A DNA stretch of 64,000 bases, from the NCBI GenBank assembly GCA_025201805.1, contig MU619269.1:154851-218850 (forward strand), written 5' to 3'. The notes under the pieces are model-generated. The model was not told the origin of the DNA. It saw nothing but the letters and a program-made list of their open reading frames with translations, and searched no databases. The position numbers were made by a program, and so were the translations under genes. Positions 51,197 to 62,725 of the stretch are shown here, one piece after another (position 1 is the first letter of the stretch; each line of letters starts with the position of its first letter). The stretch is from Parasitella parasitica NRRL 2501. Its lineage: Eukaryota; Fungi; Mucoromycota.

Positions 51197-52068
51197 AACA
51201 AGCACCACATCTGCTCGGATGCCCTCTCCTTAACATATACATGCTTAGAGCAAGATGCACATACTGCTGCCATCATATCATACATCGTCAAGGGACCGAT
51301 ATCTGAATATATGAAAAGAGAATCAGACTGACGTATGGCTGTGCTTGGTTACCAGCATCTAGTTATAAAAGCAAATAAAAAAGATCCAGGTTGTCAACTT
51401 AGACATTAAAAGTCTTAAGCAAAAGTAAATGCTCAACATTACCTTCCATTTTTCCCAAATTGGTTCCATCCAGTATCAAGGCCACCGCATCTGCTCGGAT
51501 ATCCTCTCCTTAACACAAAAGTGCTTAGAACAAGATGGACCAACTGCTGTCACCATATCATACATCGTCAAGGGGCCGATATCTGAATATATGAAAAGAG
51601 AATCAGACTCATGTGTGGCTGCGGTGATTACTCGTGAAATTTTCAAGCACTACATCTGCTCGGATGCCCTCTCCTTAACATATACATGCTTAGAGCAAGA
51701 TGCACCAACTGCTGCCATCATATCATACATCGTAAAGGGACCATTAAACTAAACGCATGAAAAGAGAATCAGACTGACGTATGGCTGTGCTTGGTTACCA
51801 GCATCTAGTTATAAAAGCAAATAAAAAAGATCCAGGTTGTCAACTTAGACATTAAAAGTCTTAAGCAAAAGTAAATGCTCAACATTACCTTCCATTTTTC
51901 CCAAATTGGTTCCATCCAGTATCAAGGCCACCGCATCTGCTCGGATATCCTCTCCTTAACACAAAAGTGCTTAGAACAAGATGCACCAACTGCTGCCACC
52001 ATATCATACATCGTCAAGGGGCCGATATCTGAATATATGAAAGGAGAATCAGACTCATGTGTGGCTGT
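51197..52068. repeat. Higher-order tandem repeat A-B-A'-A-B-A' (A about 145 bp, B about 135 bp; period about 446 bp)
   Basis: A units near 51197, 51477, 51644 and 51923 (CATCTGCTCGGAT...CTCTCCTTAACA...CATCGTCAAGGG...GAGAATCAGACT); two apparently identical B spacers. Confidence 0.92.
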
Positions 52069-52339
52069 GGGTGATGGAGAATAGCATATCGCATTATGGT
52101 GTAACTAATAAATGAAGTGCAATTAAGACGATTATATCGAGAGCAGGGTTAGTGGCATATAAAAGCCATTTTAACAAGCAGAGTTTACCTTTCGCTTACA
52201 GAAGATGACAGTAAATTTTTGTAGCCAAACTACGTTCAATGTTTGATCTTTGTACATCGTCAAGCAGCCTACGTTTAAACGTATGAAAAGAAAATTAGTT
52301 GATGCAAGTAAAATTATAAAAGGTAAATCTGAAGGCTCT

Positions 52340-53510
52340 GGAATCAAGTGACTGTCCGCTGTTTATACGGTGCAGGATAAATCAAGATGTCGCCAAAGTG
52401 GAGGCCTCCAAGCGGTATGGTTTTCAAATAAAATAGAGTCTTGTATTCTGGTACTGGTATGCTTCTTTGTTGTTGGCTTGTAGTAATAACGCTCGAAAGT
52501 GTTTGTCTTCAAACTCCAATTGGCGTTTATTTTGACATTGTCAATGTCAAACCCTTTTTCAACTGCTTTCGTGCTAGTGGCAGACCTGATTGAATGCGTC
52601 AACACCTGCTTTTTCCATGATTATTTTGATCCACCCAGATATGGTTGCTGACCTGATTAATCTTTTTTTCTTGCTATTATTTATGTATGACAAAAATAGG
52701 GTATGGCCATTTGATAGCCCTGCTCAGATGCTTCTTGTTTTCTTCATAAATAACTGCATTGTCTTAACTGGACAAATCGCTTCATCTTACTGTATTGTAC
52801 TGTTTTCCCAGTTCTTTTAAAAGTTGGTGAGTCGTCCTCCTGGCAAGATCCCATATTTGGGAACCGAATAATTTGTTTTTGTGATTGTGGCAGTTGTTAG
52901 ATGATTAACGGTGGTTGGCAATTTTGATCCCTTCTTATTATTGTTGGCTTTTGCTGCTCTTGTTTTTGGTTCCAGCTCCTTCGGTGGGTTAACTGCCGTT
53001 TCCAGAGGAATGAAGATTCCCACGTCTCCTGTCTCTTGATATAAACTTCCTCCTAATCTTTTTAAGGGTCCTCCATTATTGTTGGAGTAGCCTCTGTTGC
53101 TACCTCCTCTCGGGTATCTGCCATAATTTGATGAGGATGCTGCTGCTGCCACAACCATTCTTAATTCAAATCTTGCTTGTTATAGTCTGTCGAAAAACAA
53201 TGGTTCAAAGGCGTTGACTGTTCTTCTGTCCAGATGTTTAACACTGGCTGGCACTCTAAGTGCATTAGTTACATATTCTCTAACTTCTTGATCCTGGAAT
53301 TTTGTTGTTGCAAATCCAACGATTGCCTGCTCAAGGACTGCTTGAAATAATACTTGGTTATCTGCTGTATGGAATGTGATATTGCCCTTGATGCTGTCCA
53401 AATAGGCAAAAATTTTAGTTGTAACTTTTGCTTGCATTTTGGAGCTTTCTGTATGCTTGTAGATGGTGTTGACGACTTGTAATGTGTCAATTTTGCACCT
53501 TTTGAGTTTA
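52340..53510 (-). mobile_element. DIRS-like tyrosine-recombinase retrotransposon relic, internally deleted
   Basis: Gag-like ORFs, then the pol start PGGRLTNF..NW joined to the recombinase C-terminus SATISGWIK...HSIRSATSTKA...ANWS...TFERYYYKP. Confidence 0.8.
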
Positions 53511-53972
53511 GGAGCGAGTTATTTATTGATCTGCTCTTGTCTTGTCCAGTTTAAATGTAAATATTTCTTTGTATTCCTTTTGAACTTTGTAATTATTTTT
53601 CGTAACTCATAATTAGACGAGCTTTCCAAAGACTTTGATATTGCCATTCACAATTCATCTTCTTCCCTCGTCTCTGGTTACTGGGTTCCACTTTTCTAAT
53701 AATACGGACGATATTCTCTCTTGTGAAAAATTGTTCAGTGGCATGTTGCATGTTGCATGTCTGTTCTTTTATAAGACTTTGATCTGTCATCAGTTGTTTC
53801 CACGTCGCGGCTTAGGAGGAATTATTTTTACAATATTTTCATGCAAATAAAACTGGCTTAGAGAGCATTTACGACATTGGAGGCCGGAACGGAGTCAAAT
53901 GAGATTGTCTTGGGCACGAAAGGCAATTGTTGCTCTTCATATCATTGAAAAACACTAATTTCGCATTGATTA

Positions 53973-56183
53973 ATGAAGCATTCAGACCCAAGATTGAAAG
54001 GTTTAAAAGGATCCTATATTATCGAGGCTGAATTGAGAAAGGGATTAGGTATCGAAGATGGAGTTCTCACCACAGAGATGAACAAGCTGTGTAATTTTGC
54101 TCAACTCATCAACCACTATTTTCAAAATACTGCTCAACAGCGTTACGTAGAAGGAGATGGATTGCGTTTGACAACTATTGCTGCTTTGAAAAGAATTTGC
54201 AACCTGAAATTTGTTACTGAAACATCAAAAAAGAAAAAGTCTTGTAATCGCATTACGATTATCGATGATCAAGCAATCTTGGTACCACAGGCACAGCTAT
54301 TACAAGATTACTGTAACGAAGTAATATCGTTTTTTTCAAGAAAATCATCAATTAGCTTGTTTAATCTGGAATATGCCAAGAGACTCATCATGCATCAAAA
54401 GGAGGAGCTAAAAAGACAGCAAACTGAGGAAGAAGAGGAAGCAATGGAAAGACTGGAGCATTGTGGCAGATTGGTTGCCTTTGATGCTGCTTATAACGGT
54501 GCTGCGGAGATCAGAGAAAAGCTGAGTAAAAGAAAAAGACAGAAGGGAAAGCAGAAAGCAGTAGCAGAACAATGCGAGCATCAGAACCAGGACGAAGACG
54601 AGGACGAAGAAGATATTGAGAAGAGGATCAGAACCAAATTCACATCTCCATCACCCTCAAATGGTTTTTATACACATACAAAAAAAAGTAGTGTCATTTC
54701 TAATAATATCTTCAAGCAGACTTGGAAATATCATTTACTAGCTCTGGTGGAACATACGAGCTGCCAAAAAAACCAAGTGCCAACAGTAGTCCGACCATTC
54801 CGTATGTTATTAGTTTGGACGAAATTAGCCCAATTTCTTTGGAGGATATAGGTAGTGTCTCATTTATGAACACAGGCATACCCATCGATGAAAGACTGTA
54901 AGATCCAATTACTATCACATGAAGCTTCTGTTAGTGATGAAAACTAAATTAGATCTTATTTTCCTTAGAGAATATAGCGTTATCACATACATTGATGATT
55001 CAAATGCTGCTCGTTTCATCCCATCACCTCTCGATCCTAGTATTTCATGTTTAGTAAATGAGTTTACCAGAGTAAGTGATTTGCAATTAATCTCAAGCAA
55101 GAGAACCGATTCTTTTCTTATTTAGGCTATTACATATTTTCTGAGAGACCTGAAATTGCTAATGACATTAAACACCACTAAATACATGCATACAATTTCA
55201 CTCCTGACATCTTGGTAAAAACTGTTCCCTTCTGGTATTTATATGTTCTAATCTACTCTTTTTAATACATTAGCCACAATAACATTATGAAAGAACGTAA
55301 AATGCAGCAGTTGAACCCAACGATCTATCAAGATCCGGAAGCAATCCCTAATCGGGAGAGTGATTTCAAAATTAAGTATGTTGTGCCGTTTATTAATGGT
55401 GTGTTCAAGACGGACAAGTTGAGTGTCAATTGGTAATTGTAAAACGTTAATTGAAACAAACATTTAGTGTTAACGCTACTTTCAAAGGGATTTACCCCTC
55501 AAGTTATACGAAAACTCAGATATGAGTTTGCTTCGCAGAGAAACACCAGACATTGTATTTAAGACCCTTGATGGCAATGAACTTGGCATCGCCGAGATCA
55601 AGCCATTTAATGCTCGAGTAACAGATGTAGAAAATGATGTTGTTCGTTTGGCAGAAATTACAAAAAGAATGCTCCACAAAAGAATTCTTAATGCAAAATC
55701 CACCAAAGAATGGATTACGTTTGCGATCATGTTCAATGGTAAGTATTGTGAAGAGTTAGTAGTTATCCTTCATCCTTATTAGCCTTTTGGTTTATCAGGT
55801 TCAAAAATTGACTATTATATCACTGAGTTTCGTCAATCCCCAACGACAAGCTCATCAACATCAGAAGCAAGCACATATTCTTTTAGTTTAATTCACAGCT
55901 CGCTTCTCCCCACTTTGCCAAACACTTATACTCATATGTATCAGTCATTAGAATTTTTGTGTTTTTACAAGGTAAAAGATAAATGAAAATTACGACAAGA
56001 AATAGTTGAGGTAATTTATTGCAATACTTAAAACTTTTTTAGAACATGATGGAAGCTAGTGTTGTCAATGATTCAGAGATTGAGAAGCCATACCTGTATA
56101 AAAATTATTGCAACATCTTTAAGCCCACGGTGACACTGCTCAAGTTAGATGACGATGAAAGCCTCTCTCCTCATATGTCATAA
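53973..56183 (+). pseudogene. Intron-containing PD-(D/E)xK nuclease-fold gene, frameshifted
   Basis: Coiled-coil/acidic N-terminal ORF; later exons TPDIVF...ELGIAEIKP...DVVRLAEITKRML...FAIMFNG; GT-AG introns; frameshift and stops near 54770-54920. Confidence 0.6.
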
Positions 56184-57514
56184 TGAATAAATAACTCCCT
56201 CCATACTGAATAATAGTAAAGATACCTCCCCCACCCCTTTATATTGTAGCTATTGCATACCCTATTGCGAATAAAAATTCCACCATCCTACCAACATCTT
56301 TTATACTCGTAGCAGATGTACAATTAAACGAATTGCAAAAGAAGAATACATATTTTCCAATAATATCTGTTTCATCTGATACTTATCCATATTGGTTTGC
56401 ATGCAGACTCACATTGATCCGTGGCAATTTTCGTTCATTTCTTCGGTTAGGGAGGTTGCTGCCAAAGCATCACAGTAGAGGTTCTATGAGAATTTAAAGA
56501 TATTGCCGCTTAATATACAATATATTATCCCTCTTCTCGCATTATTTGTCACTTTTTGTGTAGTGCAATTATGTATGATTAAATATTTGTATCTTGTGCT
56601 TATTAGCTTATCTATGTCTCTTAAACGACGTTTTCTTAACATCCACGCCTCCCAAGACGTTTGTATGGAGTGTTTGTCATGAAGATGACTATTATTTCCC
56701 TGTGTTCCTAGTGCCTCTGAAAGATCGAATCAGGCCATTGTGATATACTCCAAAAGTGGTGCTCTGGAGCCTCGTTAGCGCATAATTCTCTCAGTGGTAA
56801 TAACAGACCTTTGGTCCTAGCTATTATGCCAACTTGATACTTTTCGCTTCCCCCTTATTCCCATGCTTTGAATTTTGATTTTACTTTTCAGATATACAAT
56901 TTTTAATGATGTTATTTAGTTAGACCGGAAAAGTGATCTTTTATTGGTTTACAGGCTCCATTTTATACGGTAGTATAATTGTCATCCACCTGTTTGCCAG
57001 TCTTTTTAATAGCATCAAGAACAGTTTTGCCCTCAACCTCGTTTGTGGTGTCAACAACAACCTTTTGAGTCTCCAAATTAGCATCGACATTTTCAACACC
57101 TATTTCAAAGTGTCAAAATCTGAGCTATCTATGGGGTTATGTTTGAATTATTACCTTCAATTTTATTCAATGCCTTGGTCACGGCATTAGAGCAACCAGA
57201 ACAAGTCATTGCAACACTGAACGTATATTTCTAGAAATAACAGATATGAGAATCATCCAAAATCATATATTGCTAACTTACAGGCATTTTTGAATAATAA
57301 TTTGTAATTAATTCGTGTAGAAAAAAAGAAGCGATTATTCTTGTGTGCCTTTTTATCCAAGTTGGACAGGACACGCCAATAATCTCATGGCTAATCTTAT
57401 GGCCCAATCCTGTGAGCAAATTGAGCTGCCATTCACTCCACGTCATACAAACAAAAGAACAAGGTGCTTGTTTGGTCTGCATTATTAATCCTTTCTGTTT
57501 GACGAGATTTTGAT

Positions 57515-57835
57515 ATGGTACTAGTAACTTAATAACATAATTCGAAACTAGAAATGTTACCTTACGTGCAAAACTAGATTAAAGTGCTGTATTTTGCTGC
57601 TGTCAAAGATATAACCCGCAAAGATTTTGAAGATTTTGAATCACCTGCAGATACCTGGACGTTGCAAGATTTATCAAACCACCTGATAGAAAAATATGGC
57701 GACAAATTAAAAGGACTTTTATCTATATCCATGTATGCAATTGATATGGACTATGTCGAAAAAGATAGAGAGTCGAAGACCATTCTAAAGGAGAATGCTG
57801 AAGTGGCCATCATTCCTCCAGTAAGCGGTGGATAA
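57515..57835 (+). CDS. MOCS2A: Molybdopterin synthase sulfur-carrier subunit (MoaD/MOCS2A)
   Basis: ATG|intron|IKVLYFAAVKD...EVAIIPPVSGG*; ubiquitin-like fold with C-terminal GG. Confidence 0.9.
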
Positions 57836-57927
57836 ACTAGCCTGCTACTCCTGTTTTGTGTTTGCAGTGTGTTTCATTATTTCATTAAAATTCTTTTTCT
57901 CTCTCCATAAGTCAAAAGGGATCTATC

Positions 57928-58850
57928 ATGGCTATAGATTCATTTTATCTTGCTGCGTCTAGTGTTGCTGCTCTTGTTGCCAGATTTGTTACATATCCAT
58001 GTAAAATGCATTTAAATTTATAGATAGATCATAGGATTAACCCCTTTTTACAATAGTGGACACAATAAAAACCCGTATTCAAACGCAATCTGAAGAGAGG
58101 CAATGTACGCTACCAATTGATTCGGATCAACAAAAGCCAACTGTGCCGTGGTTCAAGTATATACAATCATTATATAAAGGCATATGTATCACATTGCTCT
58201 TTTCAGTACCGGCCCTGACTGTATATCTTTGCTGCTATGAGCTCGCGAAAGATTTTCTGGCCACTTCCTCTTCTGTGGGCTGTCTCCAACGAAATGCACT
58301 CCTGAATCATGCCATCTCAGGTTGTTTTGCTGAAATATCAGCTGGGATATTCTTCACCCCAATGGAAGTAATCAAAAGCCGGCTGCAGATACTGACAGAT
58401 GCAGATAGAGGCACAACCACAATATCGCTAATTAAAGACGTCGCCCGGGAAGAAGGCTTTTCTGGGTTCTATCGCGGTTACTGGATCACCGTTGCCGTAT
58501 TTTTGCCTCATACTGTTACATATTTTGTGGTTTACGAACAGCTGAAAGGACTGTGGACAGTAGAAGAACAAACATTTTTGGTGTATTTACTTTGTTCAGG
58601 GATAGCAAGCACATTGGGTATCATTGTATCCACTCCTCTAGACATAATAAAGACGAGATGGCAAGTGTCTGCCCAAGAACATGCATATAGAGGCGGCCCT
58701 ATAAAGATTGCACAACTAATGTGGCAAAATGAAGGTAAATTCAGAGCATTTACAAAAGGCTTGCTGGTTCGCATTGCTTGGGGTATTCCTGTAACAACGA
58801 TAAACATGACTGTATTTGAGTGTTTATTGAAATTGCACAACAACACTTAA
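57928..58850 (+). CDS. Mitochondrial carrier (SLC25) protein, 2 exons
   Basis: Three PX[DE]XX[KR]X[KR] signatures: P.DTIKTR, PMEVIKSR, PLDIIKTR; LYKG/FYRG/FTKG motifs. Confidence 0.93.
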
Positions 58851-60505
58851 TATGGTATCTTGCCTGCTACCTGAGCAAAGCCAGACATTTCTTTTAATGA
58901 TATTCCTCGCTCCTGATCACACGCCAAATTTAATGTTCTCCAAGTAACTTTTTTATCTTTGCATTCGTAACATATTGCGCATGCTGTTGAATCAAATCCT
59001 GTACATTGTGGCCTTTGATTGACGACATTTAGATACATTTTCAACATATCAGATAATACATTCATCCTTTTTCCAATCATATCATTTTCACAGACATTGT
59101 CTCCATCTTGAATTCTTTTATCGTGTATCGGCTCAATATTGAACCCAAATAACCAGATGGCAATATTCTCTCCATCACCATACACAAATTTCCTCGGTGA
59201 GTTGGGATATACTATTAAATCTAGCATGTCCTTGGAAAAAAGGTAAAGCATGCTATGGGTATAAGCTGGTAAAACGGGCAGTCCGTAATCAATTCGTAAG
59301 CCTTTCGCATCAGGCATTGCATGAACGGGTATATCTCTGTAGGTAAAGCCTTTCCAGTAATACGATTTACGTCCCAAATCACTCAGCTCTTGAAGAATAA
59401 TGTCCCATCGTACAAACACATCGTCGTCAGATTTCACAATGTAATCGTGCCCCATTTGTTTTGCCCATCGCATCGCCTCGAACACTTTTCTGCTTTTGTC
59501 TGATTGGATATCTGCAGATTTTACCATGAGTAAATCATGATATATACTTGATTCTCTCAATGTTTCATCTCCGTTCAACTGATGATATGCTGAGGGTGGC
59601 TGTCCGATAACAAATCTATACTGAACTGAAATTTGATCGTTATGTGGCAACAGTAGCCTGATCGCAGATTTTCTCAACATTTGGCGCCTTTCATACGATG
59701 CTTGTGACCATGATGATATGATGAGAACAAGCACAGATATGGCTGATGTAGGTTCTGAGCGTCTAAGCTGATTATCCAACGCAGTGTCTCCTACCATTAG
59801 CTGGCTCGTGGTATATTGTAATTGATCAATTTGTCGTAAAACGGCAAACACAGATAAACATGTGGCCACAGACATTGGAAAGATCAAGACCTTCATAACA
59901 GTCAATTTCAGGAATAGATTGGGATCCTTTACATTTGCTACTTTTCCATGATATTTTGGATCTGATACAATTGATAATCGTATAATGTCTGTGATTAATA
60001 AGATGAAACAATTGATTATCCAGGTGCGAATTGGCTGATCAGGTCCATTGCGGGAAGTAACCCAAGCAGAGATTGACCAAGTAATAACGATGAATGTGAT
60101 CAACCTTACGATTGCACTGCTTATTTCGTAGTGGAATATCCACCGTCTCATCATACTAGTCGTTAAAATCCAGTTCCAATAGCCAGCTAAAGCGCACTGT
60201 ATCGATAAATGTTTAGACATGTTTGTTTTTTTTGTCAAATGAGCTTGCTTTACCCAAAAATTTGCGACAACATAATCTACCTGAGAGCTTTGAAGTATGA
60301 CGGCACCGCCAGCATCACGCAAGGGGACATAAAAAGCCTGCTTACTGTTGTATAGAAACCCCAGGAATGTGGGTATTAGGCTTAATGTACGGAGTGCGTC
60401 GATAACTATTTTCGATTTTCGAGGTACATCAAGATCAGATAAGGACAAGGTCTTACGCCAAAAGTAAAAACGAGGAGGCTTTTTGGTTTGACTGTTTGGT
60501 TTCAT
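58847..60505 (-). CDS. Eos1-like membrane domain fused to a GT31 (galactosyltransferase-type) domain
   Basis: N-terminal multi-TM region (DY..ANFWCALAGYW...SMMRRWIFHYEISSAIVRLI); C-terminal ERRQMLR, YRFVIG, ESSIYHDL, KSDDDVFV, YYWKG; in-frame intron 60197-60253. Confidence 0.8.
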   Translation of the reverse strand: MKPNSQTKKPPRFYFWRKTLSLSDLDVPRKSKIVIDALRTLSLIPTFLGFLYNSKQAFYVPLRDAGGAVILQSSQVDYVVANFWVKQAHLTKKTNMSKHLSIQCALAGYWNWILTTSMMRRWIFHYEISSAIVRLITFIVITWSISAWVTSRNGPDQPIRTWIINCFILLITDIIRLSIVSDPKYHGKVANVKDPNLFLKLTVMKVLIFPMSVATCLSVFAVLRQIDQLQYTTSQLMVGDTALDNQLRRSEPTSAISVLVLIISSWSQASYERRQMLRKSAIRLLLPHNDQISVQYRFVIGQPPSAYHQLNGDETLRESSIYHDLLMVKSADIQSDKSRKVFEAMRWAKQMGHDYIVKSDDDVFVRWDIILQELSDLGRKSYYWKGFTYRDIPVHAMPDAKGLRIDYGLPVLPAYTHSMLYLFSKDMLDLIVYPNSPRKFVYGDGENIAIWLFGFNIEPIHDKRIQDGDNVCENDMIGKRMNVLSDMLKMYLNVVNQRPQCTGFDSTACAICYECKDKKVTWRTLNLACDQERGISLKEMSGFAQVAGKIPY

Positions 60506-60624
60506 TTATTCTAAGCTATGCATTTGTTGTTCTTTTGAAGTAGGGAGGAAGAAGTAAAAAACGAAAACTTTTTTAAATATGTGAAGCACTGGTGTGTCAC
60601 GCCAAGATTTATATGATTATCCGT

Positions 60625-62459
60625 CTACAAGTATTGGACAGACATTTCTCTACCAGTAATACGCAAACCAGGCTTGGCTTGGACGTTTTCAGTCAACAGA
60701 TGGCAGCCCCACACTTGGACATCCTGAAGCGATGTGCAATGCTGAATCAGCTTTTGAAGCACAAAATCATCCATGGCTCGAACGAATCCGCAGTTCAGAC
60801 GGGTTAACGATAAACAAGGTGCAATGTCAACTCCATTGCCAGCAATCATCTCAAGGCCCGAAGCAGCAGTTAGTTCAACCAAACTATGCAAATTCAGGTA
60901 TTCCAGCGTAGTTCCTGAATGACGAAGAACAGCATCCAATACGGTATCATCAAATTTAGAGCAGCGAGAGATGCCAAGATGAGTCAACCCTTTAGCTTGC
61001 CACTGATTTAAGAATTCCACCATGGCAGGGGCTGTCAATTGTTCGCATTGCTCCAGATTCAGTCTCTGGATATGATTGCAATGCCGGAGAATGCCTTGAG
61101 ATAAAATGTCGTCAGTTAATTCATGACCACCCTTGATAGACAAATCCTTCAGCCCAGAGCCCACTTGCGATAATAGGTGCACTACATCTTCTGTATTCAT
61201 AGTGTTTTCATTCGATGTCCAAGCCAATTCCAGTGTCTCTAGCTTTTTGAGTTGAGCAATGTAAGGAAGCCAATCTGAATTGAAATGAGACAGATGCCCA
61301 AACTTTAGTTTTTTCACATTGGGGCAATGTGTGGCCAGTGCTTCCATGCATTCCTTTACAAAGCGAGCTGTATGGCGAACCTCGAACGATTCCAAGCGGG
61401 TACCCACAGTTTCAAAGAACGAAATCCATGCTTCTTTCGTGACCAAGAAGGGGCCCGACAATTCCAACGACTTGAGATCATGTAAACGCTCTTGATAGGC
61501 CTTGAGGGATTTATCTGTGATTTGACCACAGTAGATCAGCTGAAGATACTGCAATTTAGGGCAGAATTGAGATATCATGAAAAAAGCTTGATCCGACATG
61601 TTGGTACAGTCAAACAAACTCAATTGCTTTCTGAAAGGCTGCATGAAAAGCTTGGATGTTACATCATTGATTTTACGGTTACGAGAGATGATTTTGGCAA
61701 GTTTTTCAAGACTATCATCAGCGATATCACCAAAGCTATCAACTTCATCAATGTATTCAGCAATGACGGCAATACAGCAATCTTGCAACGAAGGCAGCGT
61801 TTCTGTATTCAATGTCTGTTTCTTGATTGTAGGAATAACCTTCTTCTTTCTGACTTGTTCCTTGACAGTCGATGGTCCGGCTTGGCAATCAGGACAGATT
61901 GTAGTACTCATTTCGACGCTGTTTTTACGAACAAACCTACATTTACACTTTGTGCAAAAGACGATACGAGCACGGCCTTGCACAGGCTTCCTTGGAGAAG
62001 ATGGACCAGCGAAATCACCATCGTCCTCTTCGTCTTCATCAAAGCAATCATCGCTGCCTCCATTACCCTTCTTTCTCGGTCTCTTCTTAGAATTTTTGGA
62101 GCCTCTAAGATTATACGATATGGACAAAGTAGCATTTTGCGCAGCAGTACTAGTGGAAGCAGTAGAGGATTCGGCCATCTCTATATCGTTTGCTGGTTCT
62201 GGAGTTGTTAATTGAGATTCAGAAGTAGCTTCAGTTGAAGTGTTTGGCTGCCCAAGTTGCACTCTTCGCTCTCTTCGAGCTCGTCTGCTGGCATTAGGAA
62301 TGCTGATTTGATGTTCCTATAATCTACATTTTAGCAAAACGTTATTTTCTAGCAACTAATCAAACAACTTACTCTAAGAAAGCTAGTGAGCGCAGAGGTT
62401 GGACCACTAACTCTGTTATGTCTGGGGTTGTTGTGGTTATCGTTTTGGTTATTGCTCAT
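60625..62459 (-). CDS. RAD7: Rad7-like LRR nucleotide-excision-repair protein, 2 exons
   Basis: VSGPTSALTSFLREHQI; CTKC...CPDC zinc motif; LPSLQDCCI (elongin BC-box-like); IISRNRKI; LRRs; VQVWGC...ITGRE. Confidence 0.88.
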
Positions 62460-62725
62460 GATATAGAGAAAGGAAAGAGTGCCAATCGGACAAAGACTCT
62501 ATTGACTTAGGGCGTCAAGCACCGTTTGACATTTTCTAAAAGCGAAAGGTGACTCCATGCGATCCCGGTCCGGGACCAAAACGCAGATTGTACTTGACAA
62601 AAGGTTTAAAGAAAAGCCTTCTAGCAAGATCCTTCTCTTTTCAATAACCATCATAAACGTATGTACTCATCCAAGTCTGTGAAAATGAACAAACAAAGCT
62701 TATCCATCCATCCATTTATCCATAG

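Noticed and set aside
51197-52068. Repeat array as CRISPR or as DIRS/Ngaro split direct repeats
   Set aside because: Units are about 145 bp with identical spacers in a eukaryote with no cas genes; no matching copy was seen upstream of the DIRS gag.
51429-52084. Repeat-encoded peptide as a protein-kinase C-lobe fragment
   Set aside because: Only vague resemblance; the invariant Arg is absent and subdomain order is inconsistent.
56300-57200. Possible further Tc1-like relic on the minus strand
   Set aside because: Only faint motif traces; too degraded to support a call.
61492-62215. Long antisense ORFs over RAD7 (likewise over RPS15, LYS1, SER3 and the LINE RT)
   Set aside because: Shadows of real coding sequence on the opposite strand; no independent motifs.
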